The notes under the pieces are model-generated. The model had not been told where the DNA came from, ran no database searches, and saw nothing but the letters and a program-made list of their open reading frames with translations. This document shows, in pieces, positions 9,850 through 20,119 of a DNA stretch of 51,466 bases. The position numbers were made by a program, and so were the translations under genes. This stretch comes from a virus. Taxonomy: Duplodnaviria; Caudoviricetes. The first letter of the stretch is position 1, and every line of letters starts with the position of its first letter. Location of the stretch: positions 1 to 51,466 of IMG/VR virus record IMGVR_UViG_3300021090_000029; one strand, written 5' to 3'.

Positions 9850-10527
9850 ATGAGTAGAGTAGCGGCGAAACTTAGTTGTCGGGAGGCCATGCCGGTTCTG
9901 GAGGTTTATCGGGGGATCAAACACACAACGACTACCGTTGGGACTAGTGCGATTGCTCTTCCGGCTACGAATTTGACGAATCGGAAGGCGTTGTTCATTC
10001 AGAATCTTCATGCTTCCCAGAACGTATTTCTGGGCGGGGCGATCCCGGAGTTGATTGGGGCCAAGGTTAAAGATAACCCGGTCGAGGGGGCTACGATCAA
10101 GCCGGGAAGGTGGTTTCAATCGGCGGCCGGGACGAACGAGTGGTTTTTTGCTACATCGGCTAAGGCCGATCCCGGCCTGACCCAGCCAACGGCGCTTTAT
10201 ACGGCGGCGAACGCTGGCGCAGAGACCTTGAGAACCGCAGGAACGGTTAGTTCTTTGGCCGCTCAGCACGGATGGGGCTGGGGGGACGGGGACACGCTGG
10301 GGTTTAGTACGCTGTATATCAGAACCGACGGAACGACGCAGGAGACTAGTCCGGGTTCTGAGTATGAGGCGGTTATTTCATACTTCGGGATGCCTGATTC
10401 GTCGAGTACATACGGGATTAGGCTTGGCCCGTATGATGGGATCGTTTTAAGTCTCGACGGATCGTGCCGGATTTTCGCTATCGCGTCAGGTATTACGACT
10501 CCTGTCCTGACGCTTGAAATGGTGTAA
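9850..10527 (+). CDS. virion structural protein (putative)
   Basis: 225 aa; RKALFIQN motif; structural-module context. Confidence 0.6.
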   Translation: MSRVAAKLSCREAMPVLEVYRGIKHTTTTVGTSAIALPATNLTNRKALFIQNLHASQNVFLGGAIPELIGAKVKDNPVEGATIKPGRWFQSAAGTNEWFFATSAKADPGLTQPTALYTAANAGAETLRTAGTVSSLAAQHGWGWGDGDTLGFSTLYIRTDGTTQETSPGSEYEAVISYFGMPDSSSTYGIRLGPYDGIVLSLDGSCRIFAIASGITTPVLTLEMV

Positions 10528-10528
10528 C

Positions 10529-11920
10529 ATGGCCGCCGGGTTTTCTTTCAAACAGCACGGCGAGCCGATTACGCTGACCACGGCGACGGTTGACGACTTA
10601 ATTACTAAATCTCCGTGGTTCGACGTTAGGGCATACGGCGCGGCAGGAGACAATACAACTAACGACACGACGGCTGTTCAGGCCGCTATTACTGCGGCCC
10701 AGGCGGTCGGGGGGACGGTTCTTTTCCCGAAAGGGACTTACAAGATTACAACGGCGCTGGCGATTACCGGGGCCATGAACATTCAGGGAGTCCCCGGCGC
10801 GCTGATCCGCAAGACGGGGGCGGGGCACGCGGTTGTTTATGACGGTGCGGCGACAATCGAGGGTATTTCCGTTCGAAACATTTCTATTTCTACGGAGGCT
10901 GGCGGCGGAGACGCGCTGAGGCTCGTCAATGTTATGCGGAGCCACTTCGATAATGTGTTTGTTCCAAGTTGCGCCGCCGTTGGGGTTGATCTTATTGGAA
11001 GTCTTCTGAATACGTTTACTAACTGTGTCGTTTCCGGGAATCTGGCTTACGCGGCGGGGACAAGGGCCGTCCCGACGCACGGTTTTGTAATGGCCTATGA
11101 CGGGGCGACCTATAATGCTAACGCCAATACTTTTACCGGATGTTCGGCCGAGATCATAACGACTTCTCCTGGGATTGGGTTCTATTTCAACACGGCCGAC
11201 AGTAACGTCATTATTGGCGGGACTTCCGAAGGGAACACTATTGGGATTAAGTCTGAGGCCACGTCCGTAAACAATCATTATTTCGGGGTCCATTTCGAGA
11301 CGAACGGGACGAATACGGTTAATATGACCAAATCTAATTTAATGTTGACCGGGGGCGACACGGCGGCTTCTTTGACGGCGAGCGCCCCGGCGATCTTCAA
11401 TATGGACAGCACCCTAACCGATCTTGTTTTTACGATTGATACGGACTCTCCGTACCCGGCGGCTATTCAGCACAGGCACCGGACGACGGACGGTTTTGCT
11501 TATCCGATCAGCATTAACCCGCTCGGCGGGAATATCAATATCTCGGCTGACGGGCTCGGTGCGATAACAACTATCGGAGGGGTAACGAAGCTGACGATGG
11601 CCCATTTCGGGACGATGGTCGCTATCGGTAACAGCGGAGATGCCAAGACGGTTGATTGGACGGCGGGGAACAAGCAAGGAATCACGGCGACCGGGGCTCC
11701 TTGTGTTCTCACGTTTACCGCTCCGGCGGGAGCGTGTAATCTTCTTCTAAAGATCACGCAGGGGGCCGGGGGGGCAAAGACGATGACTTGGCCCGCGACC
11801 GTTAAGTGGCCCGGCGGGACGGCCGTTGATTTGTCGGATACCGCCTCGGACATTGACATCGTTTCTTTCTACTTTGACGGGACGAACTACTACGGTTCTT
11901 CGGCTCTCGACTTTTCTTAG
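10529..11920 (+). CDS. tailspike with pectate-lyase-3-like beta-helix
   Basis: FDVRAYGAAGDNTTNDTTAVQAAI...VLFPKGTYKIT signature. Confidence 0.85.
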   Translation: MAAGFSFKQHGEPITLTTATVDDLITKSPWFDVRAYGAAGDNTTNDTTAVQAAITAAQAVGGTVLFPKGTYKITTALAITGAMNIQGVPGALIRKTGAGHAVVYDGAATIEGISVRNISISTEAGGGDALRLVNVMRSHFDNVFVPSCAAVGVDLIGSLLNTFTNCVVSGNLAYAAGTRAVPTHGFVMAYDGATYNANANTFTGCSAEIITTSPGIGFYFNTADSNVIIGGTSEGNTIGIKSEATSVNNHYFGVHFETNGTNTVNMTKSNLMLTGGDTAASLTASAPAIFNMDSTLTDLVFTIDTDSPYPAAIQHRHRTTDGFAYPISINPLGGNINISADGLGAITTIGGVTKLTMAHFGTMVAIGNSGDAKTVDWTAGNKQGITATGAPCVLTFTAPAGACNLLLKITQGAGGAKTMTWPATVKWPGGTAVDLSDTASDIDIVSFYFDGTNYYGSSALDFS

Positions 11921-11930
11921 GAGATTGTAA

Positions 11931-12305
11931 ATGGCGAAATATATGCCAGATGCTGTCCTAGACAGCAAACTCGATGTAACGGGGGCCGCCGACAGGCTGT
12001 TCATCTGCTCAACTCAGCCGACCACCTACGCCGAGGCCAGCACGACCTACAACCTTGCGACCAAGACCCTGGCGGCCGCGTTCTCTAAGGCCGCCGGAGA
12101 CACGTCCGGGAGGAAGTTGACTTTGGCGGCGCAGAACAGTATCGCCGTTGATGCCGATGGGTTGGCCCAACATTATGCCCTCGGCATTAATGGTTCATCC
12201 ACCTTGCTTCTGGTGGGGACGTTTTCTTCGTCGCAACAGGTTTACACCGGGAACACGATTAACTTCCCGGCGACGGACGTTGAGGAACAGCGAGATTACG
12301 CTTAA
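11931..12305 (+). CDS. virion structural protein (putative)
   Basis: 124 aa; AGGAG RBS; tail-module context. Confidence 0.6.
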   Translation: MAKYMPDAVLDSKLDVTGAADRLFICSTQPTTYAEASTTYNLATKTLAAAFSKAAGDTSGRKLTLAAQNSIAVDADGLAQHYALGINGSSTLLLVGTFSSSQQVYTGNTINFPATDVEEQRDYA

Positions 12306-12318
12306 CTAGATGAACTAG

Positions 12319-13404
12319 ATGGCGACTACGATCTATCTCCCGTCGTCGGGGTCGGCCGCAGTAACCCCGACTACCTGGAACTTTCCTTTCCAGGCGGCGG
12401 CGACCTACACCTTGGCGGGGGCTCTGACAAAGGGGACAACCGCCTTTACGTCGAGGACGACGGCGACGGGAACGACGAGCCCACGGTTTACTTCGGTCAT
12501 GCGGTACGTCATCGGCCCCCTGGCCGCAACGCAGATTGCGGGGACCGTCAACTTGGTCATGCGGTGCAACGAGAGCAATGCCGGGGCAAATGCGACCCTG
12601 GCTCTCGCCGTAAAGCTCATCACTCCGGCTGGCGCGGACAGGTCCGTTCTGCTTGCTTATACGGCCTCAGACCTGGCTTCGTCGCCCTATGAGATGCAAG
12701 CGTCCCTTAACAACTGCCGGGCCTATAGCGCGAGTGAGGCGCGGCCGATCACCCTGACGGCGCAGACGCCGACTTCCGGGGACTACTTGGTTGTCGAGAT
12801 CGGTTTTAGATCGGCGACGACCACGACCAGGAACGTTATCATCCGCCACGGGGATAATAGCGCTAACGACCTCGCGGACGCGGACAGTGGGACGAACGAT
12901 TACGCGCCGTGGGTTATGTTTTCGCAGTCCCTGCCGTTCATTTGGAACCTGTCAACGAATGAGGGTTCCATTGACGGGGTCGGAGACGCGGCTGGGATCA
13001 CCCAGGCCCACATGGTTGGGGCCAATGATGGGGCGGTTGTTCTGGCTGGTGATTCCCCGGAAATAGAAGTCCAGAGCGCTATCAATCTGACGACCGACGA
13101 GGGGGCTTGTTTTGTCTATGGAGATTCCGCCCCGTTGACACAGGCGCACGCGTTTACTGTTTTAGGGGGGGCCGTTCTTTTGTCCGGGGACTCTCCGGTC
13201 TTTTTTCAGGCCCATGGTCTCTCCTGGTTCGGAGGCGGGATAGGGCTTTTTGGGGATGATCCTCCCATAACGCAGGGGCAGAACGTTACGGCCGATCCGG
13301 GATGGATCGGCCTGTTCGGGGACGCGGCGCAAAATGACGGCGGGACCGAAACTTCGGAGGCCAAGCGGATGCGCGAATACTATACCATTTCGTTGGATTG
13401 TTAG
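12319..13404 (+). CDS. virion structural/tail protein with C-terminal short repeats
   Basis: 361 aa; repeated G....GD.P...Q.H units. Confidence 0.6.
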   Translation: MATTIYLPSSGSAAVTPTTWNFPFQAAATYTLAGALTKGTTAFTSRTTATGTTSPRFTSVMRYVIGPLAATQIAGTVNLVMRCNESNAGANATLALAVKLITPAGADRSVLLAYTASDLASSPYEMQASLNNCRAYSASEARPITLTAQTPTSGDYLVVEIGFRSATTTTRNVIIRHGDNSANDLADADSGTNDYAPWVMFSQSLPFIWNLSTNEGSIDGVGDAAGITQAHMVGANDGAVVLAGDSPEIEVQSAINLTTDEGACFVYGDSAPLTQAHAFTVLGGAVLLSGDSPVFFQAHGLSWFGGGIGLFGDDPPITQGQNVTADPGWIGLFGDAAQNDGGTETSEAKRMREYYTISLDC

Positions 13405-13410
13405 GTCCCA

Positions 13411-14943
13411 ATGGCAAACTACTATGTAAAGAACGGCGGGAACAACGCCCTGGACGGTCTGTCCGATGAAAATGCGTGGGAGACTATCGCCAAAGTAAAT
13501 TCATCCGCCGGAGCCAATAGCGTCTATTTCAAGTGCGGTAGCACGTGGCGCGAAAAACTAGTCCTCCCCGGTAGTGGGACGGAAGGAAACCACATCGTCA
13601 TCGGCTCCTACGGGACCGGGGCCAAGCCGCGCCTCCTTGGGTCTACGGCTCCAACCGGATGGGATCAAACTGACATTCCCCCGGACGTGGCCCTCCCTGC
13701 GAACTGTTGGAAGGCGACCCTCGCGGCGGCTCCTTCAAGCGACTTAGTATGGTTCGTCAATGCGGACGGGACTGTTTCGTGGGGGACTAAGCAAGCCGCC
13801 CTTGGGGATTGTAGTGCCGAATACGAATGGTATTGGCACGCCTCCGGGTATCTTGTCGTTTATGCCGCAACCGACCCGGACTCTCGATATACGTCCATTG
13901 AGGTCGCTGTCGCGGCCCTAGAGCCTATCATCACCGGGACCAGGAACTACATCACTATCCAGGACCTTGAGATTGCTTTTAGCGAGGCACGGGGGATCAA
14001 TGCCGACGAGTGGAATACGGGGTTGATTCAGCGGTGCCTGATCCATCATATCGGCTATCAGAACGCCGGGACCGCAGAAGGGATCGCGGATTCGTCGGTG
14101 AACCTAACAATCACCGGGAATACAATCCACAACTGCGGGAACCATGGCATTTTCGTTATCGGATACGACTCTACTTGTAACCCGACTCTCATCACGGGGA
14201 ACACGGTTTATGACTGCTATCACACGTTGATAGATGTTCAGGCCAGCAATACGGACATCCAGAACATTGTAATTACGAAGAACATTCTTTACACGACCGC
14301 TGATTATTCTTTTCCCGCTCTCGGTTGTAACGCGATCTTTGTCCAATGGCAAAACCCGAAAATAGTATCAAATATCGAGATCAGTTACAACCTTATAACA
14401 TCTAGATTCGGGGCGGGTATATTCATTAGTGCCGGGGTCGGGCCTGGGGTTACGATTTACAACAATACGGTGAACGGGGAAAATGCTCTCCTGGGTGCCG
14501 GGTTCTATCCGTGTGTGATTAGCCAAACCGCGACGGCCGGGGCGGTTACGCTCAAAAACAACATTTTTGGTAACAGTCAGACGGCGGGTCTCTACGCTAA
14601 CCCGATAGCGGGGGTCACGGCATGTGACAACAACTGCTATTACAATTCAGTCGGAACGGTTTATGCGCAGACACAGGCGGGGTCGTATCATTCCGACGAT
14701 TTTGCGGCCTACAAAACGGCGACGGGATGGGAGACTAGCGGGCTGTGGGAGAACCCTCTATTCGTGACCCCGGGTTCTGATTTCATGCTTCAATCCGGGT
14801 CTCCGTGCGTTGATGCGGGGGCCGACGTTGGCCTCACGACGGACATCTTGGGGGTGGCCGTCCCGCAGGGTTCGGCCCCGGACATCGGGGCCTACGAGAG
14901 AGCGCCAGAAGATTTGTTCCTGTGCGTTTTTTGGGATATGTGA
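13411..14943 (+). CDS. right-handed beta-helix protein (polysaccharide-lyase-like) with choice-of-anchor-Q-like C-terminus
   Basis: YYV...G.N..DGLS...AW.TI.K start, repeated I..N.I, LQSGSPCVDAG...PDIGAYE. Confidence 0.75.
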   Translation: MANYYVKNGGNNALDGLSDENAWETIAKVNSSAGANSVYFKCGSTWREKLVLPGSGTEGNHIVIGSYGTGAKPRLLGSTAPTGWDQTDIPPDVALPANCWKATLAAAPSSDLVWFVNADGTVSWGTKQAALGDCSAEYEWYWHASGYLVVYAATDPDSRYTSIEVAVAALEPIITGTRNYITIQDLEIAFSEARGINADEWNTGLIQRCLIHHIGYQNAGTAEGIADSSVNLTITGNTIHNCGNHGIFVIGYDSTCNPTLITGNTVYDCYHTLIDVQASNTDIQNIVITKNILYTTADYSFPALGCNAIFVQWQNPKIVSNIEISYNLITSRFGAGIFISAGVGPGVTIYNNTVNGENALLGAGFYPCVISQTATAGAVTLKNNIFGNSQTAGLYANPIAGVTACDNNCYYNSVGTVYAQTQAGSYHSDDFAAYKTATGWETSGLWENPLFVTPGSDFMLQSGSPCVDAGADVGLTTDILGVAVPQGSAPDIGAYERAPEDLFLCVFWDM

Positions 14944-15206
14944 TGCCTAAATCAAGCGAGATTTGGCCTAATTACGATGGCGAGAATGAGGTCTATAGGA
15001 CTTGCCGAATGTGTGGAGACCTGTCAACGGAGACCCCTGTTACGGAGGCTCCTGACGATTTGCTGTATTCGGGGAGACTTTATCCAGAAAGCCAGATGAT
15101 CCAGGAAGAAGACGGGTATTGGTATTGTCAAACGCATTGGAAGATCAGGTGGCCCGCCAAGCGGCGGGACGAATGGAAAATGGAAGTAGAGGAGGAGACC
15201 GAATGA
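14943..15206 (+). CDS. small putative Zn-binding protein
   Basis: CRMC...C..H motif. Confidence 0.55.
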   Translation: MPKSSEIWPNYDGENEVYRTCRMCGDLSTETPVTEAPDDLLYSGRLYPESQMIQEEDGYWYCQTHWKIRWPAKRRDEWKMEVEEETE

Positions 15207-15499
15207 GTTTTGTTCTTCAGCCCTGTAAGGGGAGGATTTATGTCATTCTTGACCCCGTGGCCGAGATGAAGATTGGACTTATTCATTTGCCAGATAAGCA
15301 CCGGGAGCCGTCGAGGATCGGGACGGTCAAGGCCATCGGCGAAGAGGTTACGGAGTTTAATCCCGGAGACCGGGTAGTGGTCAGTTTCTTTTCCGGGGTT
15401 GTTGTAGAGCGGCCGGAAATTACTAAGCCGGGAGACTCCGAGGACGTGCATAGGGTTTTCACGAAGGATGAGATTTACGCCAAGATTGTTGAGGCGTAG
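15203..15499 (+). CDS. groES: co-chaperonin GroES-like protein
   Basis: LQPCKGRIYV...GLIHLPD...GTVKAIG...PGDRVV...EIYAKI. Confidence 0.8.
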   Translation: MSFVLQPCKGRIYVILDPVAEMKIGLIHLPDKHREPSRIGTVKAIGEEVTEFNPGDRVVVSFFSGVVVERPEITKPGDSEDVHRVFTKDEIYAKIVEA

Positions 15500-15507
15500 G
15501 AGTCTTC

Positions 15508-16185
15508 ATGGGTGCATATACGTTCTCTAACTTTCAGGACTATCTTCTTGTCCGCCTTGGGAATAACACCGCCTTTCAGACCCCGACAAACTACCTTTCG
15601 GTTTGGGTCAATGCGGCCTACCGGAGGCTTTGCAATATGGAGAAAGTGCCTGGGATGCGGGGAAGAATTTACTTCCCCGAACTAGAGGCGGATACGACTT
15701 CCGGCACGGCCGACGGTGTAGTGTATGTCTCTGTGCCGTCCAACTGCTTGGCGGTGAGGGAAGTATTCGACGAGACCAACGCCAAGCGGCTGGATTGGAT
15801 TCATTGGAGCAGGTATATCGGATTTACGGACAGGTTAACCAATACGGCTGAGCCCAACTATTGGCATCGGGCCGGGAGCAGGATTTACATCTACCCGACT
15901 CCTGGCGGTTCATATACCGTAAGAATCTATTACCGCCGGAAGCCGACTTCGCTTTCGCTGTCCACGGACGTTACTCTCCTTGGGTCAGAGTGGGATGATG
16001 TTATTCTAGAGTTTGCTACTATGATCGCCTGGAATTGGCAGAATCAGCCGGAGAAGGCCGAGTATGCTAAGAAGGAGGCATTCGATTTAATCTCGCCGCT
16101 GGTTGGGGTTTATGACTCCGAGGAAAAGGCGCGGCGGGAAAGCATCGAGCCGGATCAGGCGTATATCAATAAGGACTCCTACTAA
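15508..16185 (+). CDS. head-tail adaptor / tail tubular protein A-like
   Basis: WVNAAY, IYIYPTP...Y.V...Y, W.DVI motifs. Confidence 0.7.
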   Translation: MGAYTFSNFQDYLLVRLGNNTAFQTPTNYLSVWVNAAYRRLCNMEKVPGMRGRIYFPELEADTTSGTADGVVYVSVPSNCLAVREVFDETNAKRLDWIHWSRYIGFTDRLTNTAEPNYWHRAGSRIYIYPTPGGSYTVRIYYRRKPTSLSLSTDVTLLGSEWDDVILEFATMIAWNWQNQPEKAEYAKKEAFDLISPLVGVYDSEEKARRESIEPDQAYINKDSY

Positions 16186-16385
16186 TGTATGAAGTATCGC
16201 ACGTGGTTCGCAGAAACAGGGAATTGCGGGAATGGGTTATCCAGACATTTGACGAGCAGGGTCAGGCGGCCGCGTGGAAAACAGTTGAGAAATTACGGGA
16301 GATGTATCCCGAGTTTGACGTTACTTTTCAGGGTGAAATTATCTACCATGAGGTTAACAAAAGAGTCCTTGTGGATAGGGGGTGA
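16185..16385 (+). CDS. hypothetical protein
   Basis: 66-aa ORF coupled to upstream stop. Confidence 0.5.
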   Translation: MYEVSHVVRRNRELREWVIQTFDEQGQAAAWKTVEKLREMYPEFDVTFQGEIIYHEVNKRVLVDRG

Positions 16386-16388
16386 ATA

Positions 16389-16760
16389 GTGGGAATACCG
16401 AATGCGGGGTTAGTTCTATTGTCTGGTTTGACCGGGGGGGTGGGTGCTCCGGCCGCCGCGACGTATGCCGCTTACGGGACCGGAACAACGGCTTTTGCCA
16501 CTTCGCAGACGACGCTCGTGGCCGAGACGGCACGTGCCGCCGCGACCGTGACCCAGGCGACAACGACGGCGACGAATGACACGACACAATGGACCAAGGC
16601 ATTCACGATCGGTGGGACGTTGACGATTGGGGAGGTTGGGGTATTTAATCATTCCTCTACCGGGTCCATGCTGACGCGGGACGTTCTTTCGTCACCGAAA
16701 TCCGTTGTATCGGGAGACACGTATACGCCGACGGTGAAATTGGTGTTTGCCCGGCCCTAG
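16389..16760 (+). CDS. virion structural protein
   Basis: GTGTT...QTTL..E, I.EVGVFN....G.ML.R motifs. Confidence 0.65.
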   Translation: MGIPNAGLVLLSGLTGGVGAPAAATYAAYGTGTTAFATSQTTLVAETARAAATVTQATTTATNDTTQWTKAFTIGGTLTIGEVGVFNHSSTGSMLTRDVLSSPKSVVSGDTYTPTVKLVFARP

Positions 16761-16767
16761 GTGATTC

Positions 16768-18051
16768 GTGCGGCAGAAATACGTTGTGAGGCCGCTTTCC
16801 AGCGGGATGCTGACCGATATTCCATCGGTCTATCTGCCGGGGTCTTATTCTCCGTCTGAATTGAATATTCGGATTAAGCAGTCGAGCATTCAGAAGCGGC
16901 CTGGATATACCTTGGATCGGACCTTGAATGCGGCTATCCTCGGAATCGTTCTTTACCAGCAAAGCGACGGGGACAGATACACGCTGTATTTGACGGAGAC
17001 TGATCTGGCCCGCCGCGAGAGCACGGGGACATATTCATTCAAGACAGAGACCTATACGACGGGGTCGGTTACCAATATCACGGGGGCGACCGTAACGGGA
17101 AACGCGACCGGGTGGGACACTTCTGGAATTGCCGCCGGGGACAAGTTTATTCTTGACGCAGACCACACGGCGGCCAGCGAACTAGACGCTCAATGGGCTC
17201 AGGTATTGACCGTTGACGGGGCGACACAGATCACCCTGACGGCGACCTACGGGGGAACGACGGGGGCGCTTCCTCCGGACTCTACCTATAAGGCCAGGAA
17301 ACCCTATACCGTCCCGGCCAACGAACGATGGGCCTGGGCGATTGTAGACGACAACTTCTATTTCTCCAATGGGAATACGGATGTCCAGAAGTGGACAGGG
17401 GCCGGGTATGCCTCGGCCGTTGACTCGACTAACGCCAAGCAAGCGCGGCATTGCATTGAATATGCAGACCGGCTGGTGCTGGCCGACCTATGGAATGTCG
17501 GGGCCGGGGCACGCGATCCGTATCTAATTCAATGGTCCAAAAACCTTGACCCTACGAATTGGGTAGACTCTACGGCCGGGAGTGCGGCATTCTTGGATAC
17601 GGATGATATGATTACCGGGCTTGGGAAGGTTGGGGCGAATTTAGTAGTTTATAAGCGGGACAACATCATTATCGGGAATAGGACCGGGACCGCCACAAGC
17701 CCGATTGAGTTCCCCGTCACTCGGCGCGGGAAGGGATGCGTAGCTCCGTATTCGATCCTTGAGATTTTGGGGACGAATGTGTTTTTAGGCCGGGACGACT
17801 TTTATATGATTGACGGGGATTATCCAAGACCTCTGTCGAAAGAAAAGATGCGATGGAAGTTCTTTGATATCGTATCTACTACTCAGGCGGAGAGGACGTG
17901 GGCCGGGCATAATTCTATTTTGAGCGAGGCATATTGGGTTACGGACACGGACGACGGGAGGTCATGTTTCGTTTGGAATTACCTTAACGATGAGTGGTAT
18001 ATGTATATGTTCACGGATGAAATGCTGGCGTTCGGTCGGGGAGAAGTCTAG
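16768..18051 (+). CDS. tail nozzle / DNA stabilisation protein (P22 gp10 / T7 gp12-like), N-terminal part
   Basis: KRPG, YADRL.L, IQWS...DPT.W, GCVAPYSI motifs. Confidence 0.7.
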   Translation: MRQKYVVRPLSSGMLTDIPSVYLPGSYSPSELNIRIKQSSIQKRPGYTLDRTLNAAILGIVLYQQSDGDRYTLYLTETDLARRESTGTYSFKTETYTTGSVTNITGATVTGNATGWDTSGIAAGDKFILDADHTAASELDAQWAQVLTVDGATQITLTATYGGTTGALPPDSTYKARKPYTVPANERWAWAIVDDNFYFSNGNTDVQKWTGAGYASAVDSTNAKQARHCIEYADRLVLADLWNVGAGARDPYLIQWSKNLDPTNWVDSTAGSAAFLDTDDMITGLGKVGANLVVYKRDNIIIGNRTGTATSPIEFPVTRRGKGCVAPYSILEILGTNVFLGRDDFYMIDGDYPRPLSKEKMRWKFFDIVSTTQAERTWAGHNSILSEAYWVTDTDDGRSCFVWNYLNDEWYMYMFTDEMLAFGRGEV

Positions 18052-19241
18052 TGGCGTGGATTACCGACCTTTCTGCCTCTCCGGTCAGCACTAGTCAAAT
18101 TGACCTGGCGTGGACTAACCCGGAGCTATACTCCCTCAATGCCCTTTACAAGAAGTCCGACGGCGGATGGGAATTCTATGCTTGGGTTGAAGCGACGGCC
18201 GGGGCAGGGTCGTATTCCGTTTCTGGACTTGATGCGGGGACACTGTATTATTTTATCATCTATACCACGTTGTCGGGCGGCTCGGGGGTCGGGTGGTCCA
18301 ACGAAACAAGCGCGACTACATTAGTTAATCTTCCCGTCGCCCCATCTGGAATGTATTGCTACAACGATGGGGCTCAGACTTATATTTCGTGGACGAACAA
18401 CGATACTTACGATCTGATAGAGATTGAGTATAACACTAACGGTGGGGCCTTTGCCGCATGGCAGACTCTGGGTGGGTCGGCCACCTCAGAGAACGACTTT
18501 CTTGGGACCCTGAATGACACTATCGGATATCGAGTTAGGGGGCATAATGCCTCCGGGTATTCAGATTATTCTAATTACGCCTACACGACCTATTGGGGGG
18601 AAACGACCACCGACACGGTTAACGTTTCTACGCAATTCTCCGACTTTGTGACCGAGGGCGGGGGCGGGGGATACGGGGATGATATCGTCAACGTAGTCAA
18701 CGTTTCCAATACTGTCACTCACGCTTTGGTCCTGGCCCAGACATTTACGAATACCGTGAACGTTACGTCTGTTCTTGGCGGGACTTCAACCATGAGAACG
18801 GACTACGGGTATTATTTCGGGGATGAAACGGGGAAAGTTTATCTATTTGACCCGGCCTATTTGGCAGATAATTCTACGGCGTTTACGTCTACCTGGACTA
18901 GCCGGAGGATGGACTTTGAGGATCAGTTTCCTGGGATGGGGAGCAAGTGGAAGATCATCTACGGGGTGAGAATCAAATACAAAGATTTGTATAACGACAC
19001 GCCGCTGATCCTTTCGATTAGCGCGGACGGGGGAGTGACGTGGACGGATAATAGTCGGTCGGTCGGGTCCGGGGCGACCACTGAGAAGGATGCGGAGTTT
19101 CATTTCCTCCCCTTGGCCGGGCAGATGTTTATTTTTAGGATAGCCTCCACATCCACAACGACCGCCTTCCAATTGCTCGGTATGGACATTGCGTTTGATG
19201 TGGCCGGGGAGAGTTTTGAAATCGGGGCATGGGCATCATGA
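18051..19241 (+). CDS. fibronectin type III domains plus nozzle-like C-terminal domain
   Basis: STSQIDLAW...SGLDAGTLYYF, YRVRGHN..G.S.YSN; C-terminal FTSTWTS..MDF...ISADGG.TW...F.FRI. Confidence 0.7.
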   Translation: MAWITDLSASPVSTSQIDLAWTNPELYSLNALYKKSDGGWEFYAWVEATAGAGSYSVSGLDAGTLYYFIIYTTLSGGSGVGWSNETSATTLVNLPVAPSGMYCYNDGAQTYISWTNNDTYDLIEIEYNTNGGAFAAWQTLGGSATSENDFLGTLNDTIGYRVRGHNASGYSDYSNYAYTTYWGETTTDTVNVSTQFSDFVTEGGGGGYGDDIVNVVNVSNTVTHALVLAQTFTNTVNVTSVLGGTSTMRTDYGYYFGDETGKVYLFDPAYLADNSTAFTSTWTSRRMDFEDQFPGMGSKWKIIYGVRIKYKDLYNDTPLILSISADGGVTWTDNSRSVGSGATTEKDAEFHFLPLAGQMFIFRIASTSTTTAFQLLGMDIAFDVAGESFEIGAWAS

Positions 19242-20089
19242 GTGAACAATCTCCGAAATCATTTCCCTACCCTCAGCCCGGTCAGGATCAGGCAGAGTAT
19301 TTAAGGAAGTTGTATATCTCATTGACGGAGCGGGATTCTCAGCAGACGAGATCGACCCACCCCCTTGTGTCGGCAACGCACACGGCGGCGGGATTGACCA
19401 ACGGCCACTTTTTAAAAGCCACGGGGGCAACGACTTTCGGATTTGCCGCCCACGGCCTAAGCCATTCCGACTTGGGGTCCGTGACGGCCAACCAGCATCA
19501 CAGTCAGGCCCATGTCCTAGACGGGGCCGACCATACTGTTAGCGGGCTTACGGGCGGGCACTTCCTCAAGGCGACTGCGGCGACGACGTTTGCGTTTGGG
19601 GCGCACGGCTTGACCTATACTGACGTTGGCGCGGCGGCGACTTCCCACACACACGCCAACCTGACCACTACGGCCAAGGCTTCGGCTTATTGCGGAAGTA
19701 ATTATGTCCCGTCTGCGAGTAGTTGGCTTGAAGTTACTCTTGATTCCGAAGTGTACGACCCCGGCAACAGCTTCGCCTCCAATGCCTTTACCGCCCCCGT
19801 AACCGGATATTATCTGTGTTGTGGGGCAGTCCGCGTAGCCAATGCTTCCGGTGCGCCAAGGTCGATTTCTACGGGGTTCGCCGTGGACGATGCGCTGGTG
19901 GTCATTCCCGGTAGGCATACTAATCTTCCGAACGGGGATACGTTGGCCGAGACGGGATCGGCGATTATTTCTGTCACTTCGGGGCAGACGATTAAGTTGT
20001 ATTTTTACATAGACGATAAAACCAACGTGACGGTGCAGGGGTCGGCTTCACCGATTACATATCTGTCGGTGCATTTGCTTTCGGCATGA
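19238..20089 (+). CDS. tail fibre with His-rich repeats and C1q-like C-terminal domain
   Basis: Duplicated GLT.GHFLKAT.ATTF.F.AHGL; FTAPVTGYY...GQTIKL. Confidence 0.7.
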   Translation: MSEQSPKSFPYPQPGQDQAEYLRKLYISLTERDSQQTRSTHPLVSATHTAAGLTNGHFLKATGATTFGFAAHGLSHSDLGSVTANQHHSQAHVLDGADHTVSGLTGGHFLKATAATTFAFGAHGLTYTDVGAAATSHTHANLTTTAKASAYCGSNYVPSASSWLEVTLDSEVYDPGNSFASNAFTAPVTGYYLCCGAVRVANASGAPRSISTGFAVDDALVVIPGRHTNLPNGDTLAETGSAIISVTSGQTIKLYFYIDDKTNVTVQGSASPITYLSVHLLSA

Positions 20090-20119
20090 GGAGAGAAGTG
20101 GACGAATCTGAACCTCCGG

